From Planctomycetota bacterium (GTDB lineage: Bacteria > Planctomycetota > B15-G4), in NCBI GenBank assembly GCA_965248575.1, contig CBDFJQ010000002.1, forward strand, positions 576,001 to 640,000: a stretch of 64,000 nt of DNA, read 5' to 3'. The position numbers and the translations under genes were made by a program. Below the pieces are notes generated by a model. It saw only the letters and a list, made by a program, of their open reading frames with translations, did not search any database and was not told the DNA's origin. Shown one piece after another: positions 1 to 9,517 of this stretch (positions are counted from its first letter, which is position 1; the number at the start of each line of letters is the position of its first letter).

Positions 1-3
1 ACC

Positions 4-450
4 GTGACCAACGAGCTTCCCCAGCCTGGACAGTCTGGAGAGGAGCCGGTTCGGGACCACGTGCCCACGCCCACCGAGGGTCCGACCGGGGCGTCGGACG
101 ACCCGGACTGCCATCACTCCGATCACTCCCAAGAGCGTTCGCGGACTCTGCTGGGGGTCTCCCTCTCAACGCTCAGCTATTTTGTGCTCTTCCTCGTGGC
201 CATCGACACCTGGATGACGCACGACAGCCTGTCCACCCAGCGCGGGGTCGAGCTGAATCCGTTCATGGACTGGATCTACCACCACGGTGGAGTGCTGGTC
301 TTCCTGGCCTTCAAGCTGAGTCTGACCGTCCTGTGCCTGATCTGGATCAATCGCCGGGCCCCGCGAACACAGGCTCGCATGGCGGCCTTGATCGCTCTCT
401 CGATCTACCTGCCCATCGCCGGGATCCACATCATCGGGCTCTACCACTAG
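4..450 (+). CDS. DUF5658-like small membrane protein
   Basis: Three hydrophobic segments and the pattern D-TWMT...G-VELNPFM...FKL typical of DUF5658; start uncertain at the window edge. Confidence 0.65.
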   Translation: MTNELPQPGQSGEEPVRDHVPTPTEGPTGASDDPDCHHSDHSQERSRTLLGVSLSTLSYFVLFLVAIDTWMTHDSLSTQRGVELNPFMDWIYHHGGVLVFLAFKLSLTVLCLIWINRRAPRTQARMAALIALSIYLPIAGIHIIGLYH

Positions 451-495
451 GGGCGAGCCGCTCCCTCAGGCTGGGCCCGAGGGCCCCGGAGGAGT

Positions 496-579
496 TGGTG
501 CGAGGAGGGGGACTCGAACCCCCACGGGTTTCCCCACCAGATCCTAAATCTGGCGCGTCTGCCATTCCGCCACCCTCGC
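496..579 (-). tRNA. tRNA-Leu (anticodon TAG)
   Basis: Reverse complement GCGAGGGTGGCGGAATGGCAGACGCGCCAGATTTAGGATCTGGTGGGGAAACCCGTGGGGGTTCGAGTCCCCCTCCTCGCACCA: cloverleaf with long variable arm, TTCGA T-loop and CCA end. Confidence 0.97.
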
Positions 580-674
580 CCGGGCGTCGCGCAGTCTTGG
601 ACCACGACACGAAGGCGGCCATTGTGTGTGCATGAGGTATCGTGCCGCAAGACGATGAGCGACCGGAGTGACAG

Positions 675-3059
675 GTGAACGCACAGACGGCCCGACGGCG
701 AGTCGGCCCCCGGTCCCTGATCTGGCTGCTGCTGCCGGCCTTTCTCTGCGCCTGTGGCTCAGAGTCGGGCCATGATCCGGTCCACCAGAAGCTGAGCCTG
801 CGGCCCGTTTCAGGGGTTGCCAGCTCCAGCGATGCGCGCATCGTCGAGAGCTTTGACCTCGCCCTGGACAACGCCGCCTGGTCCGTCGATGCGCCCTTCA
901 AGCGGCTCATGCGTCGACCGGAGGCGGAGCTAGACGGCGGGCCGACCCACGAGTTGGTGTGTCGCGCGACCCTCAAGGGTGAGACCCTGAGCCTGACCCG
1001 CCGAGGGGCGCTGGACCCCTCCCGCTTCAACCGCATCCACCTGCCGATGCGCTTTGATGGCCAAGGCTATCTACGCGCCGACTTCTGGCGGGACGGGGTG
1101 TTGGTGGGGCGCACCGAGGCGGTGCGCATCCTGCCGACGGACGACCTCCAGGCCACGGGCGCCGGTTCGCTCTCCACGGAGCTGCGCCTTCCCCCGGCCA
1201 TGCGCTTCGAGCAAGCCGTCGACACGCTGGAGCTGCATGTCTCCGGTATCTATCGCATGGTGGCCCTGTCGCATGTCCTGCTCGTGCAGGAGCCGGTCGA
1301 GGGCATGCTTCCCTCGCCGCAAGGCGACGGTGAGCTCGTGCGACTGGGTCTGTCGGCCCGGCGTGCCGTGGGCGTCCTGTCCCAGAGCCCGCTGCAACGG
1401 GAGCTCGAGATCCCGCCCGGCGCGGAACTCCGCTTTGCCTACGGGCAGCCCGTGGAGGAGTTGCGGTCGAAGCAGCCCGCGAGGCTTGAGGTCCTGGTCG
1501 ACGGTGAGCGCGTGGCGGACTATGTTCTCGCCGCTTGGCCGAACCCGGACGAGGCATGGCACGACGAGCGCGTGGATCTGTCCGACTACGCCGGGCGTTC
1601 AGTGAGCGTGCAATTCCGCGTGGGCGTCGGGGCGCCGGGGGGGGCGCGGGAGGCAACGCCGGCTGGCGACGGCCCCGCCCTTTTCGGCTGTGCACTGGCT
1701 GAGGCGACGCTGGTGGTCGCAGACCCAAGTCCGCCCACGGTCGTCTTGATCACCACGGACACACACCGCGCGGACCACATGGGTTACGCCTTGGGCGGCG
1801 TCGGCGTCCAAACCCCGGTGGTGGACCTGCTGGCCAAACGGGGGCTGGTCTTCGACGATTGCTTCACGCCGGTCAACGTCACGAACCCCAGCCACGTGGC
1901 CATGATGACGGCTCGCTCTGTTCGGACCACGGGCGTGAGGACGAACTACAGCCGCCTCGCGGAGGCTGCACCGACCCTCGCAGAGGCCTTTGCAGAGGCG
2001 GGCTGGATGACCATGGCGGCCGTGAGCACCCGCCACTTGGGTGCGGATGGCAGTGGCTTGGGGCAAGGCTTCGATCGCATGAGTTGGCCGCGCAGCCAGC
2101 CACGGCGGCGCGCCGTTGACACCCTGAAGGATGTGGTTCGTTGGTTGCCTGAAGCAGAGGGGCGCCCGCTCTTTCTCTGGGTGCATGTCTTCGATGCCCA
2201 CTGGCCTTACGAACCGGAGGCGAGCTGGGTAGACCAGTACTATCCTCCTGGCCAGGACCCGCGCAGCACGGAGCTGCCCGCGCCTGCGGTCGACCCGGCA
2301 CGCTTCAAGACAGAGTTGCAAGGCGTCCGCGATCTGGACTGGCCTCGCGCTCAGTACAAGGCGGAGATCAGCGGTCAGGATGCCTTGCTGGCTCAGGTCT
2401 TGAACGCCCCGCGGATCCAGGACGGCGTCGTGGCGCTCGTGGCCGATCACGGGGAAGCCTTGGGTGAGCACGGTGTGTATTTCGATCACATCGGGCTCTA
2501 TCCCAGCGTCTTGCACATCCCGCTCGTGGTGGCGGGCCCCGGCGTTCCGATCGGCAAGCGGACGGAGCGGCCCGTGATGCACACCGACCTGGCGCGCACC
2601 TTGCTCGACCTGGGGGGGCTGACGGATGTGGAATTCCCTGGGGCGAACCTGCTCGAGCCCTCGCCCGCCAAGCCACGCTTTGCCATCGAGGGCTATGGCT
2701 TCTCGGCCTCCGTGACCCACGGCGGGATGCACCTCGTCTTGAACCTGGCGTCTCGTCAGACCGAGACGGTTCTCGAACAACGCGAGCACCACGAGCTGGA
2801 GCTGTACGACCTGCGCCTCGACCCGCACTGCAGCCGCAACCTCGTGACCGAACAGCGAGAGCTGGCGAGCCGCATGCGTCACCAGCTCATCCGGTGGCTG
2901 CTTGAGGTGCCTGACAGGGGCTGGGCCGAGCAGCGCCAGGACGACGAGGCCTTCCTCGAGTCACTCATGCAGTTGGGGTACGTCGAGCCTTCGGAGGACG
3001 TGTCGGCCGACCTCTGGCAAGCCGATCAGTGTGACTGGTGCGTGAGTTTCGAGCAGTGA
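675..3059 (+). CDS. Sulfatase-like (alkaline phosphatase superfamily) lipoprotein with large N-terminal beta-sandwich region
   Basis: Lipobox LCAC/ACG; PTVVLITTDTHRADH; TNPSH at the nucleophile position; FLWVHVFDAHWPY; ADHGE; C-terminal LMQLGY. Confidence 0.85.
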   Translation: MNAQTARRRVGPRSLIWLLLPAFLCACGSESGHDPVHQKLSLRPVSGVASSSDARIVESFDLALDNAAWSVDAPFKRLMRRPEAELDGGPTHELVCRATLKGETLSLTRRGALDPSRFNRIHLPMRFDGQGYLRADFWRDGVLVGRTEAVRILPTDDLQATGAGSLSTELRLPPAMRFEQAVDTLELHVSGIYRMVALSHVLLVQEPVEGMLPSPQGDGELVRLGLSARRAVGVLSQSPLQRELEIPPGAELRFAYGQPVEELRSKQPARLEVLVDGERVADYVLAAWPNPDEAWHDERVDLSDYAGRSVSVQFRVGVGAPGGAREATPAGDGPALFGCALAEATLVVADPSPPTVVLITTDTHRADHMGYALGGVGVQTPVVDLLAKRGLVFDDCFTPVNVTNPSHVAMMTARSVRTTGVRTNYSRLAEAAPTLAEAFAEAGWMTMAAVSTRHLGADGSGLGQGFDRMSWPRSQPRRRAVDTLKDVVRWLPEAEGRPLFLWVHVFDAHWPYEPEASWVDQYYPPGQDPRSTELPAPAVDPARFKTELQGVRDLDWPRAQYKAEISGQDALLAQVLNAPRIQDGVVALVADHGEALGEHGVYFDHIGLYPSVLHIPLVVAGPGVPIGKRTERPVMHTDLARTLLDLGGLTDVEFPGANLLEPSPAKPRFAIEGYGFSASVTHGGMHLVLNLASRQTETVLEQREHHELELYDLRLDPHCSRNLVTEQRELASRMRHQLIRWLLEVPDRGWAEQRQDDEAFLESLMQLGYVEPSEDVSADLWQADQCDWCVSFEQ

Positions 3060-4645
3060 CCGAGGCAGGGCAGCCAGAAGCGAAGAGCGGCTGGCTCGGG
3101 CGGCTTGTCCTGGTCCTCCTGGCCGTTCCCGTTTTCATCGCGCTGTGCGAGCTGGGGCTTTGGGCTCTGGACCTGGGGCGCAACGCCTGGTCATCGGATC
3201 TCTCGCGCGGTTTCGATCCGGCGGCGCGCCTGATGGTTCCGGATCGCAGCGAGCGCGGCGCCTGGCGCACCCACATCTACGGTGACCTTGAGCTGGAGCG
3301 GGTGGTCCCGGCGCGCGACGAGCGAATCAGGGTCGTGCTCTTCGGTGGCAGCAACACGCAACTCTTTCCTGAGCAGGTCCTGGAACAGCGGCTGAACGAT
3401 TCGGCTGCTGCCGACGGCGAACGGGACGCCGAACGAGACCGTGGGTGGGAGCATGGGTTTGAGGTGGTCAACCTCGGCCGGCAGGGATACGGCAGCCGTC
3501 GCGTGCTCGCCCTCTTGGAACAGGCCATGGTGTTGGAGCCGGATGTGGTCGTCATCTACTCGGGCCACAATGAGTTCGTGGAGCTGGGCTTCGAACGGGA
3601 GCTCGCCTCGGCCTGGGATCACTCCTGGGAACAGGCCAGTGCGGAGTCCCTGTCGAAGCTGCGGATGTTTGGTGTGCTCGTCGACGCCATGAACCCCCTG
3701 GGCATGCCCGAGCCCATCACGCGCCCCGACCATGCTGCTCGTCAGCTCCGATGGGATGAGACGGTGCAGCGCTACGAGGCTTTCGAAGCGAACCTGGAAG
3801 CCATGTGCGCGGCCGCGCGCAGCGCAGGGGCCCGTGTGCTCGTGGTGACTCCCGTGAGCAACATGCTCTCACCGCCGTTGGTGTTTGGGGATGTGGGGCA
3901 GCACCAGCAGGCTTTTGACGCCCTGCGCCAGCGTGCACTCGGGCGAATACCGAGCGAATGTCGGCAGGCGTTGCGACCGCCGGTGCGACTGCGCGTGGTG
4001 GACTGGTACAGCGCGCCGCAAGATGCCGAACCGGGCGAGCAGCTTTCTCCAAACTGGGAGGCACCGTTGCTCCGTCCTCTGTTGGGGCCCTTGGAGTACG
4101 CGCCGGCCTCCGAGGAGCCCAAGGCGGACTCCGTCGAGGGTGCTCATTGGCCCCGACCCGACGGATGGAATCCGGACGTGCGTGCGGTGCTCGAGACCAT
4201 GTCGGCCTACGCCGCTCCCGAGCTCGACGCTCGCACCCTGCGCTGGTTGAGTGAAGCCCGCCTGGCTCTGCTCGAAGCCTTGGAGCTCGTTCCCGACAGC
4301 CCCATTGCCTGGTTCGACCTGGGGCTCGTGGCCTGGTTGCAGGGGGATGCAGCGCTGGCCGTTCGCGCCTTTGAATCGGCGGGGCGCTTTGACCGCTCCC
4401 CGAGCTCGGCCAACGTCACGATCTATGCTGCCGTTCGAGCCGTAGCGAGCCGGGTCGAGGGGGTTCAGCTCGTCGATGCTGCTGCACTCTTCGGCCAGCG
4501 CTCCCCCGACGGTGTGGTGGGCTACGAAGTCCTGATGGATGCCTGCCATCTCCAACCCGGGGCTCGTGTCGTGTTGATGGAGGACCTGGCGCGCGCGATC
4601 CGGCAGCCGCAACCCCTGGAGCCGGTGGACGGTTTGGGCCGATAG
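3056..4645 (+). CDS. SGNH/GDSL-hydrolase-like protein with TPR, N-terminal membrane anchor
   Basis: FGGSNT (block I), VVNLG, IYSGHNEF (block III), DACH (DxxH); TPR-like AWFDLG; GTG start overlaps the upstream TGA (GTGA). Confidence 0.75.
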   Translation: MTEAGQPEAKSGWLGRLVLVLLAVPVFIALCELGLWALDLGRNAWSSDLSRGFDPAARLMVPDRSERGAWRTHIYGDLELERVVPARDERIRVVLFGGSNTQLFPEQVLEQRLNDSAAADGERDAERDRGWEHGFEVVNLGRQGYGSRRVLALLEQAMVLEPDVVVIYSGHNEFVELGFERELASAWDHSWEQASAESLSKLRMFGVLVDAMNPLGMPEPITRPDHAARQLRWDETVQRYEAFEANLEAMCAAARSAGARVLVVTPVSNMLSPPLVFGDVGQHQQAFDALRQRALGRIPSECRQALRPPVRLRVVDWYSAPQDAEPGEQLSPNWEAPLLRPLLGPLEYAPASEEPKADSVEGAHWPRPDGWNPDVRAVLETMSAYAAPELDARTLRWLSEARLALLEALELVPDSPIAWFDLGLVAWLQGDAALAVRAFESAGRFDRSPSSANVTIYAAVRAVASRVEGVQLVDAAALFGQRSPDGVVGYEVLMDACHLQPGARVVLMEDLARAIRQPQPLEPVDGLGR

Positions 4646-4706
4646 CGGTGGGAGATGTCCTAGGCTGTTCCCGTGACACGATGTGTTTCCTGGAGTGTGA
4701 GCACTG

Positions 4707-7085
4707 ATGCACCCATTCACCGAACCGACTGCTGCACGGGGCACTTCATGGCGCTGGGCATGGGCACCAAGCCTGACAGCCAGTGCTTTGCTGCTCGGCC
4801 TGCTCAGTTGCGCCGAGGCTGAAGGCGGGGGCGGCGACGGGCAGGGCGAGGCTGGCGACCCGGGGGCGCACGACGTGTCAGGGCCCTGGAGTGTTTCCCC
4901 CGGGGACAGCTTGCTGGAGCACCTGGAGTCCGTGCGGGTGGTGCGCTATCCCGACTCCAATCTTCCGCCCGAGGTGAACGCCGTCGCCGGCGGGAACATC
5001 CGGGTGCGGGCCGGAGTCCCTCCCTTGGCGTGGGAGCGGGTCTGGAGCATGCCCGCCGGGTGGGGGCCGGTGCTCGCAGCGAACGGCAACCCCGAGTTGT
5101 ATTGGGCGCCCTCTCCGATCCCCCTCATCGCGGAGGGTGAGATCCCCGTGCCGCTGATCGGTGGCCAGCCGGTCCCGGCCTTTGACCTCTCTCTGCAGAA
5201 TACCCTCCCCGAACGCTTGGCCGTCTGGCGCGTGCAGGAGCAGTTGCTCTTGGCGACCGGCGTCGAGGTCGGTCCGATTCGAGATGTGGGCCTCGAAGGT
5301 TCGGTGCCGGGGGTGACGGAGTTCGCCTCCGTGGATCGGGGCGCCGTCGTCACAGGCCGCAGCCCAACCGCCAAGGGTCTCGCGACCCACCAGGAGCTCG
5401 ATTCCGTGGTGCGGGATGCCTTGCTGCTGGCCGCTCCGGGAACGTTGGAGGTCGAACTCCAGGACCTGCAGGCGCAGCGTTTGGAGTTCGCCATCGGTGT
5501 GGTTGATGTCGGCTGGTCCCTGGTGGATGGCATCGTGCGGCGGGTGCATCGCCGAGGCGACGGGGCGACCTTCGCCGTGGAGATTCTGAGCGCGGGAGAG
5601 GACGCCCCGGAGCGCGTTTGGGAGAAGACTCTGGGGGCAGAGGACGTGGGCACGACCTGGCTCGAGGCCCAGGTGGACCTCTCGCGCTGGATGGGCAAGA
5701 CCTGCACCTTGCGGCTGGTGACGGAGCCGGGCCCGTCGGGGAACCCGCTTTTCGACTATGGGCTCTGGGCCGGGCTGCGCTTTCGCGGGGCGGCGCGCAA
5801 GTCTCCTTCGAAGCCGCATATCGTGCTGATCGACATCGATACGCTGCGCGCCGATCGCCTGGGCAGCCATGGGGGAGATCGAGGCCTGACCCCTGAGCTG
5901 GACTCATGGGCAGAGCGTTGCGCCGTCGTGTTCCCGGACGCCATGGCCACCGCACCGTGGACCTTGCCGTCCACCGTGTCCATGTTCACGGGCCTGGCTG
6001 TGCATCAGCACGGCATCGACAAGGCGTCGACCGCGTTGGCGGGGGGTGCAGACACGCTCGTGACGCACCTGAAGTCCGCGGGCTATGAGACACGCGGTCA
6101 TGCCACGGGTGGCTATCTGCGGGCCGCCTATGGCTTCGATCTAGGCTTCGACGTCTACGAGACCCGCGACCCGAAGCACATCGATTGGAGCGGCGTGACG
6201 GAGTTCGTTGCGAAACGCGACAGCGAGACGCCGCTCTTCTTGTTCCTGCACACCTACTACGTCCACGCGCCCTATGAGTATGAAGCCGAGGACGTCGACC
6301 CGGATTACGACGGCCCCCTACGCGGTATCGAAGTGGATCGGGACACCGTCTTCGACCCCTGGCATGACGGCGAGCTGGAGTTGAGCGCGGCTGATCGGCG
6401 CTACGTCGAAGACCTCTACGACGGGCTCGTGCGGCGCATGGACGGCATCGTCGGACAGTTCCTGAGCGATCTGGAAGCCGCCTTCGGCGATGAGCCCTTC
6501 ATGGTGATTCTCACGTCGGATCACGGAGAGGCATTCCTCGAACATGAGCTCTACGGCCACGGCCTCTCGCTCTGGAGCGAGGTGCTGAGGGTTCCTCTGC
6601 TGATTCGTTTCCCCGAGGGTGTGGCTGGTGTGAACGGGACGCCCTCGTCGGGGCTCGACCTGTTGCCCACCGTGCTGGAAGCGGCTGGGATTCCCATCCC
6701 CGAGGGCTTGCCCGGGCGAGCGCTGCAGTCCGCCACGGGCGTGTCGGTGCGCGTTGCGCAGTATCAAGCGGACCTGCGGGCCACCATGAGCGAGGGCTTC
6801 AAGCTCGTCGAACCGCTGCGGCCCGACGCTGAGGTCAAGGCTTCGGAGGTGGATGGCCCCGGTGCCCAGCGCGCCAGGACCCGGCTCTTCGACATGCAGG
6901 CCGATGGAGGCGACTTGGTGGACCTGTCCGCTGAGCACCCCGGGCGCGTGGAACAACTCAAGCGGCGCCTCGCGTGGTTCCTGGCCAACTACCCCGAGCG
7001 TCATGAGCATGCCGCCAGCAGCACGGCTGACAGCGATGCGCTGGATGAGCTGCGGGCGTTGGGGTATCTCGGCGGCGAACGCTAG
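4707..7085 (+). CDS. Sulfatase-like (alkaline phosphatase superfamily) lipoprotein
   Basis: Lipobox LLSC; PHIVLIDIDTLRADRL; APWTLPSTVSMFTG; FLHTYYVHAPY; SDHGE; C-terminal LRALGY. Confidence 0.87.
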   Translation: MHPFTEPTAARGTSWRWAWAPSLTASALLLGLLSCAEAEGGGGDGQGEAGDPGAHDVSGPWSVSPGDSLLEHLESVRVVRYPDSNLPPEVNAVAGGNIRVRAGVPPLAWERVWSMPAGWGPVLAANGNPELYWAPSPIPLIAEGEIPVPLIGGQPVPAFDLSLQNTLPERLAVWRVQEQLLLATGVEVGPIRDVGLEGSVPGVTEFASVDRGAVVTGRSPTAKGLATHQELDSVVRDALLLAAPGTLEVELQDLQAQRLEFAIGVVDVGWSLVDGIVRRVHRRGDGATFAVEILSAGEDAPERVWEKTLGAEDVGTTWLEAQVDLSRWMGKTCTLRLVTEPGPSGNPLFDYGLWAGLRFRGAARKSPSKPHIVLIDIDTLRADRLGSHGGDRGLTPELDSWAERCAVVFPDAMATAPWTLPSTVSMFTGLAVHQHGIDKASTALAGGADTLVTHLKSAGYETRGHATGGYLRAAYGFDLGFDVYETRDPKHIDWSGVTEFVAKRDSETPLFLFLHTYYVHAPYEYEAEDVDPDYDGPLRGIEVDRDTVFDPWHDGELELSAADRRYVEDLYDGLVRRMDGIVGQFLSDLEAAFGDEPFMVILTSDHGEAFLEHELYGHGLSLWSEVLRVPLLIRFPEGVAGVNGTPSSGLDLLPTVLEAAGIPIPEGLPGRALQSATGVSVRVAQYQADLRATMSEGFKLVEPLRPDAEVKASEVDGPGAQRARTRLFDMQADGGDLVDLSAEHPGRVEQLKRRLAWFLANYPERHEHAASSTADSDALDELRALGYLGGER

Positions 7086-7109
7086 CGCATTCCGCGCCCA
7101 GCGGCCCGC

Positions 7110-9380
7110 TCAGATGGCTCGGAGATGGTTGAGGGCGGAGCCGGCCCGGAACCAGCGGGCCTGGAGTTCGCTCATGCTGTGACTGGCGCTGAACTGGTCG
7201 GTGCTGCCGTCGCTGTGGGCGATGGAGACCAGCAGCTTGCTGCCGGGGCCCAGCTCGCCAATCCCCGTACCCGCGAAGCTGAGGCGGTCGTCTTCCTGGA
7301 TCAGATCCCATGCTGCGGGATCGTCGAAGACCAGTGGCAGCACGCCCTGCTTCTTCAGGTTCGTCTCGGCGATGCGCGCGAAGCTGCGTGCGATGACCGC
7401 CTTGCAGCCCAGGAAGCGCGGCGACATGGCCGCGTGCTCACGGCTGCTGCCTTCGCCGTAGTTCACGTCGCCGATGGCGACCCAGCCCAGGCCCTGGGTC
7501 TTGTAGGCGCGGGCCACGGCGGGGTAGGCCACGCCGGTCTCACCGCTCAGCACGTTCTTTCCCTGGCCGATCTCGCCGGTGAAGGCGTTGGTGGCGCCGA
7601 CGTACATGTTGTCGGAGATGTTGTCGAGGTGTCCGCGGTACTTCAGCCAGGGGCCAGCTGCAGAGATGTGGTCCGTGGTGCACTTGCCGGAGACCTTCAA
7701 CAAGACGGGCAGGTCCAGGAACTGTTCCGGTTGCGGTGCCTCGAAGGGGATGAGCAACTGCAGTCGCTTGCTGTCGTCTGCAACATCGAGCTTCACGGAG
7801 CTGCCGTTGGCGGGAGGCGCGATGAACCCCGTTCCACTTGGTGCGAAGCCAGCGCTGGGCAGTTGGTCGCCTGTGGGCGGCGCGAGGCTCACGACGCTGC
7901 CGTCCTCCGCCGTCAAGGTGTCCCGACGCGGGTCGAAGTCCAGGCGCCCGGCCAGCGCCATGGCCACGACCACCTCGGGGCTCGAGATGAAGGCCAAGGT
8001 GTCGTGGTTGGCATCGTTGCGGCCGCTGAAGTTCCGATTGAAGGACGTGATAATGGAGTTCACATCACCCTTCTCGATGTCGTCCCGCTGCCATTGGCCG
8101 ATGCATGGGCCGCAGGCGTTGGCCAGCACCGTGGCGCCGATGGCCTGCAGCGCTTCCATCTGCCCGTCGCGGCGGATGGTCTCGTCGACGGTGTTGCTGC
8201 CGGGGGTCACCATCAGCGGTGACTTGGTCTTGAGCCCAGCCGCCGACGCCTGGCGCGCCAGGGAGGCGGCGCGCTCCATGTCCTCGTAGGAGGAGTTGGT
8301 GCAGCTGCCGATGAGGGCCGCCTTCAGCTCGGCCGGCCAACCCTCGGCTTCAATCTCTGCCTGCAGGGCATCAAGGGTCCGGGCGCGGTCGGGCGTGTGC
8401 GGGCCCACCACCATGGGGGGCAAGCTCGACAGGTCGATCTCGATGATCTGATCGAAGAACTTGCCGGGCTCGGCCAACACTTCGGGGTCTGCCACGAGTT
8501 CCGCTGCGTGGGCGCGCGCCTGGGCGGCCACGTCTGCACGCTGGGTGGACTCAAGGTAGCGGGCCATGTGCTCATCGAATGGGAAGATCGAGGTGGTGGC
8601 ACCCAGCTCGGCACCCATGTTGCAGATGGTGCCCTTGCCGGTCGCGGAGATGCTCTCGGTACCCGGGCCAAAGTACTCGACGATGGCGCCGGTACCGCCC
8701 TTCACCGTCAAGAGCTCGCACACTTTCAGGATGACGTCCTTGGAAGAACTCCAACCGTCGAGCTCACCCGTGAGGTGCACGCCGATCAGCTTGGGCCAAC
8801 GCACGCCGAAGGGCAGGCCCGCCATGACTTCCATGGCGTCCGCGCCGCCGACACCCACGGCGATCATGCCGAGGCCACCTGCGTTGGGCGTGTGGCTGTC
8901 GGTGCCGATCATCATGCCGCCGGGGAACGCGTAGTTCTCGAGCACGACCTGATGGATGATGCCGGCGCCGGGTTCCCAGAAGCCCAGGCCGTACTTGGCG
9001 CTGGCTGACTTCAGGAACGAATAGACCTCGGCGTTCTCCTCGTTGGCCACTTCGAGGTCCTGCTGCTTGCCGAAGCGCGCCCGGATCAGGTGGTCGCAGT
9101 GCACCGAGGAGGGGACAGCGGTCGTCGTCTTGCCGGTCATCGCGAACTGCAAGAGAGCCATCTGTGCCGTGGCATCCTGCATGGCCACCCGGTCGGGCTT
9201 GAGCTCGACGTAGGTCTTGCCGCGCTCGGGCAAGGTCCCGCCGTCGTCCTCCAGGTGGCTGTAGAGCACCTTCTCAGCCAGGGTCAGGGGGCGGCCGAGA
9301 CGCTGACGGATGTCGGCGTGGCGCGCGGCGAGGGTTCCGTACAGGCGGGCGACGTCGGGCTGAGACGGGTTCTGGGTCAT
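7110..9380 (-). CDS. acnA: Aconitate hydratase (mitochondrial-like, about 755 aa type)
   Basis: DRVAMQDATAQMA, VHCDHL, GTDSHT, LIGSCTNSSYED, NACGPCIGQW, TSFNRNF, KCTTDHIS, NYGEGSSREHAA. Confidence 0.96.
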   Translation of the reverse strand: MTQNPSQPDVARLYGTLAARHADIRQRLGRPLTLAEKVLYSHLEDDGGTLPERGKTYVELKPDRVAMQDATAQMALLQFAMTGKTTTAVPSSVHCDHLIRARFGKQQDLEVANEENAEVYSFLKSASAKYGLGFWEPGAGIIHQVVLENYAFPGGMMIGTDSHTPNAGGLGMIAVGVGGADAMEVMAGLPFGVRWPKLIGVHLTGELDGWSSSKDVILKVCELLTVKGGTGAIVEYFGPGTESISATGKGTICNMGAELGATTSIFPFDEHMARYLESTQRADVAAQARAHAAELVADPEVLAEPGKFFDQIIEIDLSSLPPMVVGPHTPDRARTLDALQAEIEAEGWPAELKAALIGSCTNSSYEDMERAASLARQASAAGLKTKSPLMVTPGSNTVDETIRRDGQMEALQAIGATVLANACGPCIGQWQRDDIEKGDVNSIITSFNRNFSGRNDANHDTLAFISSPEVVVAMALAGRLDFDPRRDTLTAEDGSVVSLAPPTGDQLPSAGFAPSGTGFIAPPANGSSVKLDVADDSKRLQLLIPFEAPQPEQFLDLPVLLKVSGKCTTDHISAAGPWLKYRGHLDNISDNMYVGATNAFTGEIGQGKNVLSGETGVAYPAVARAYKTQGLGWVAIGDVNYGEGSSREHAAMSPRFLGCKAVIARSFARIAETNLKKQGVLPLVFDDPAAWDLIQEDDRLSFAGTGIGELGPGSKLLVSIAHSDGSTDQFSASHSMSELQARWFRAGSALNHLRAI

Positions 9381-9517
9381 GGCAGGCGCTCGTTGGCGGC
9401 GCCGGCAGGGCCGGCGCTGGGCGGTCGGAGCCCGGGAAGTTCCGGGCTGGGGCAGAAGGATCCCCAGCCTACGGCAGCCCTCGCAACCTGTTCAACTCCG
9501 GCGGCCTTCCGGGAGCC

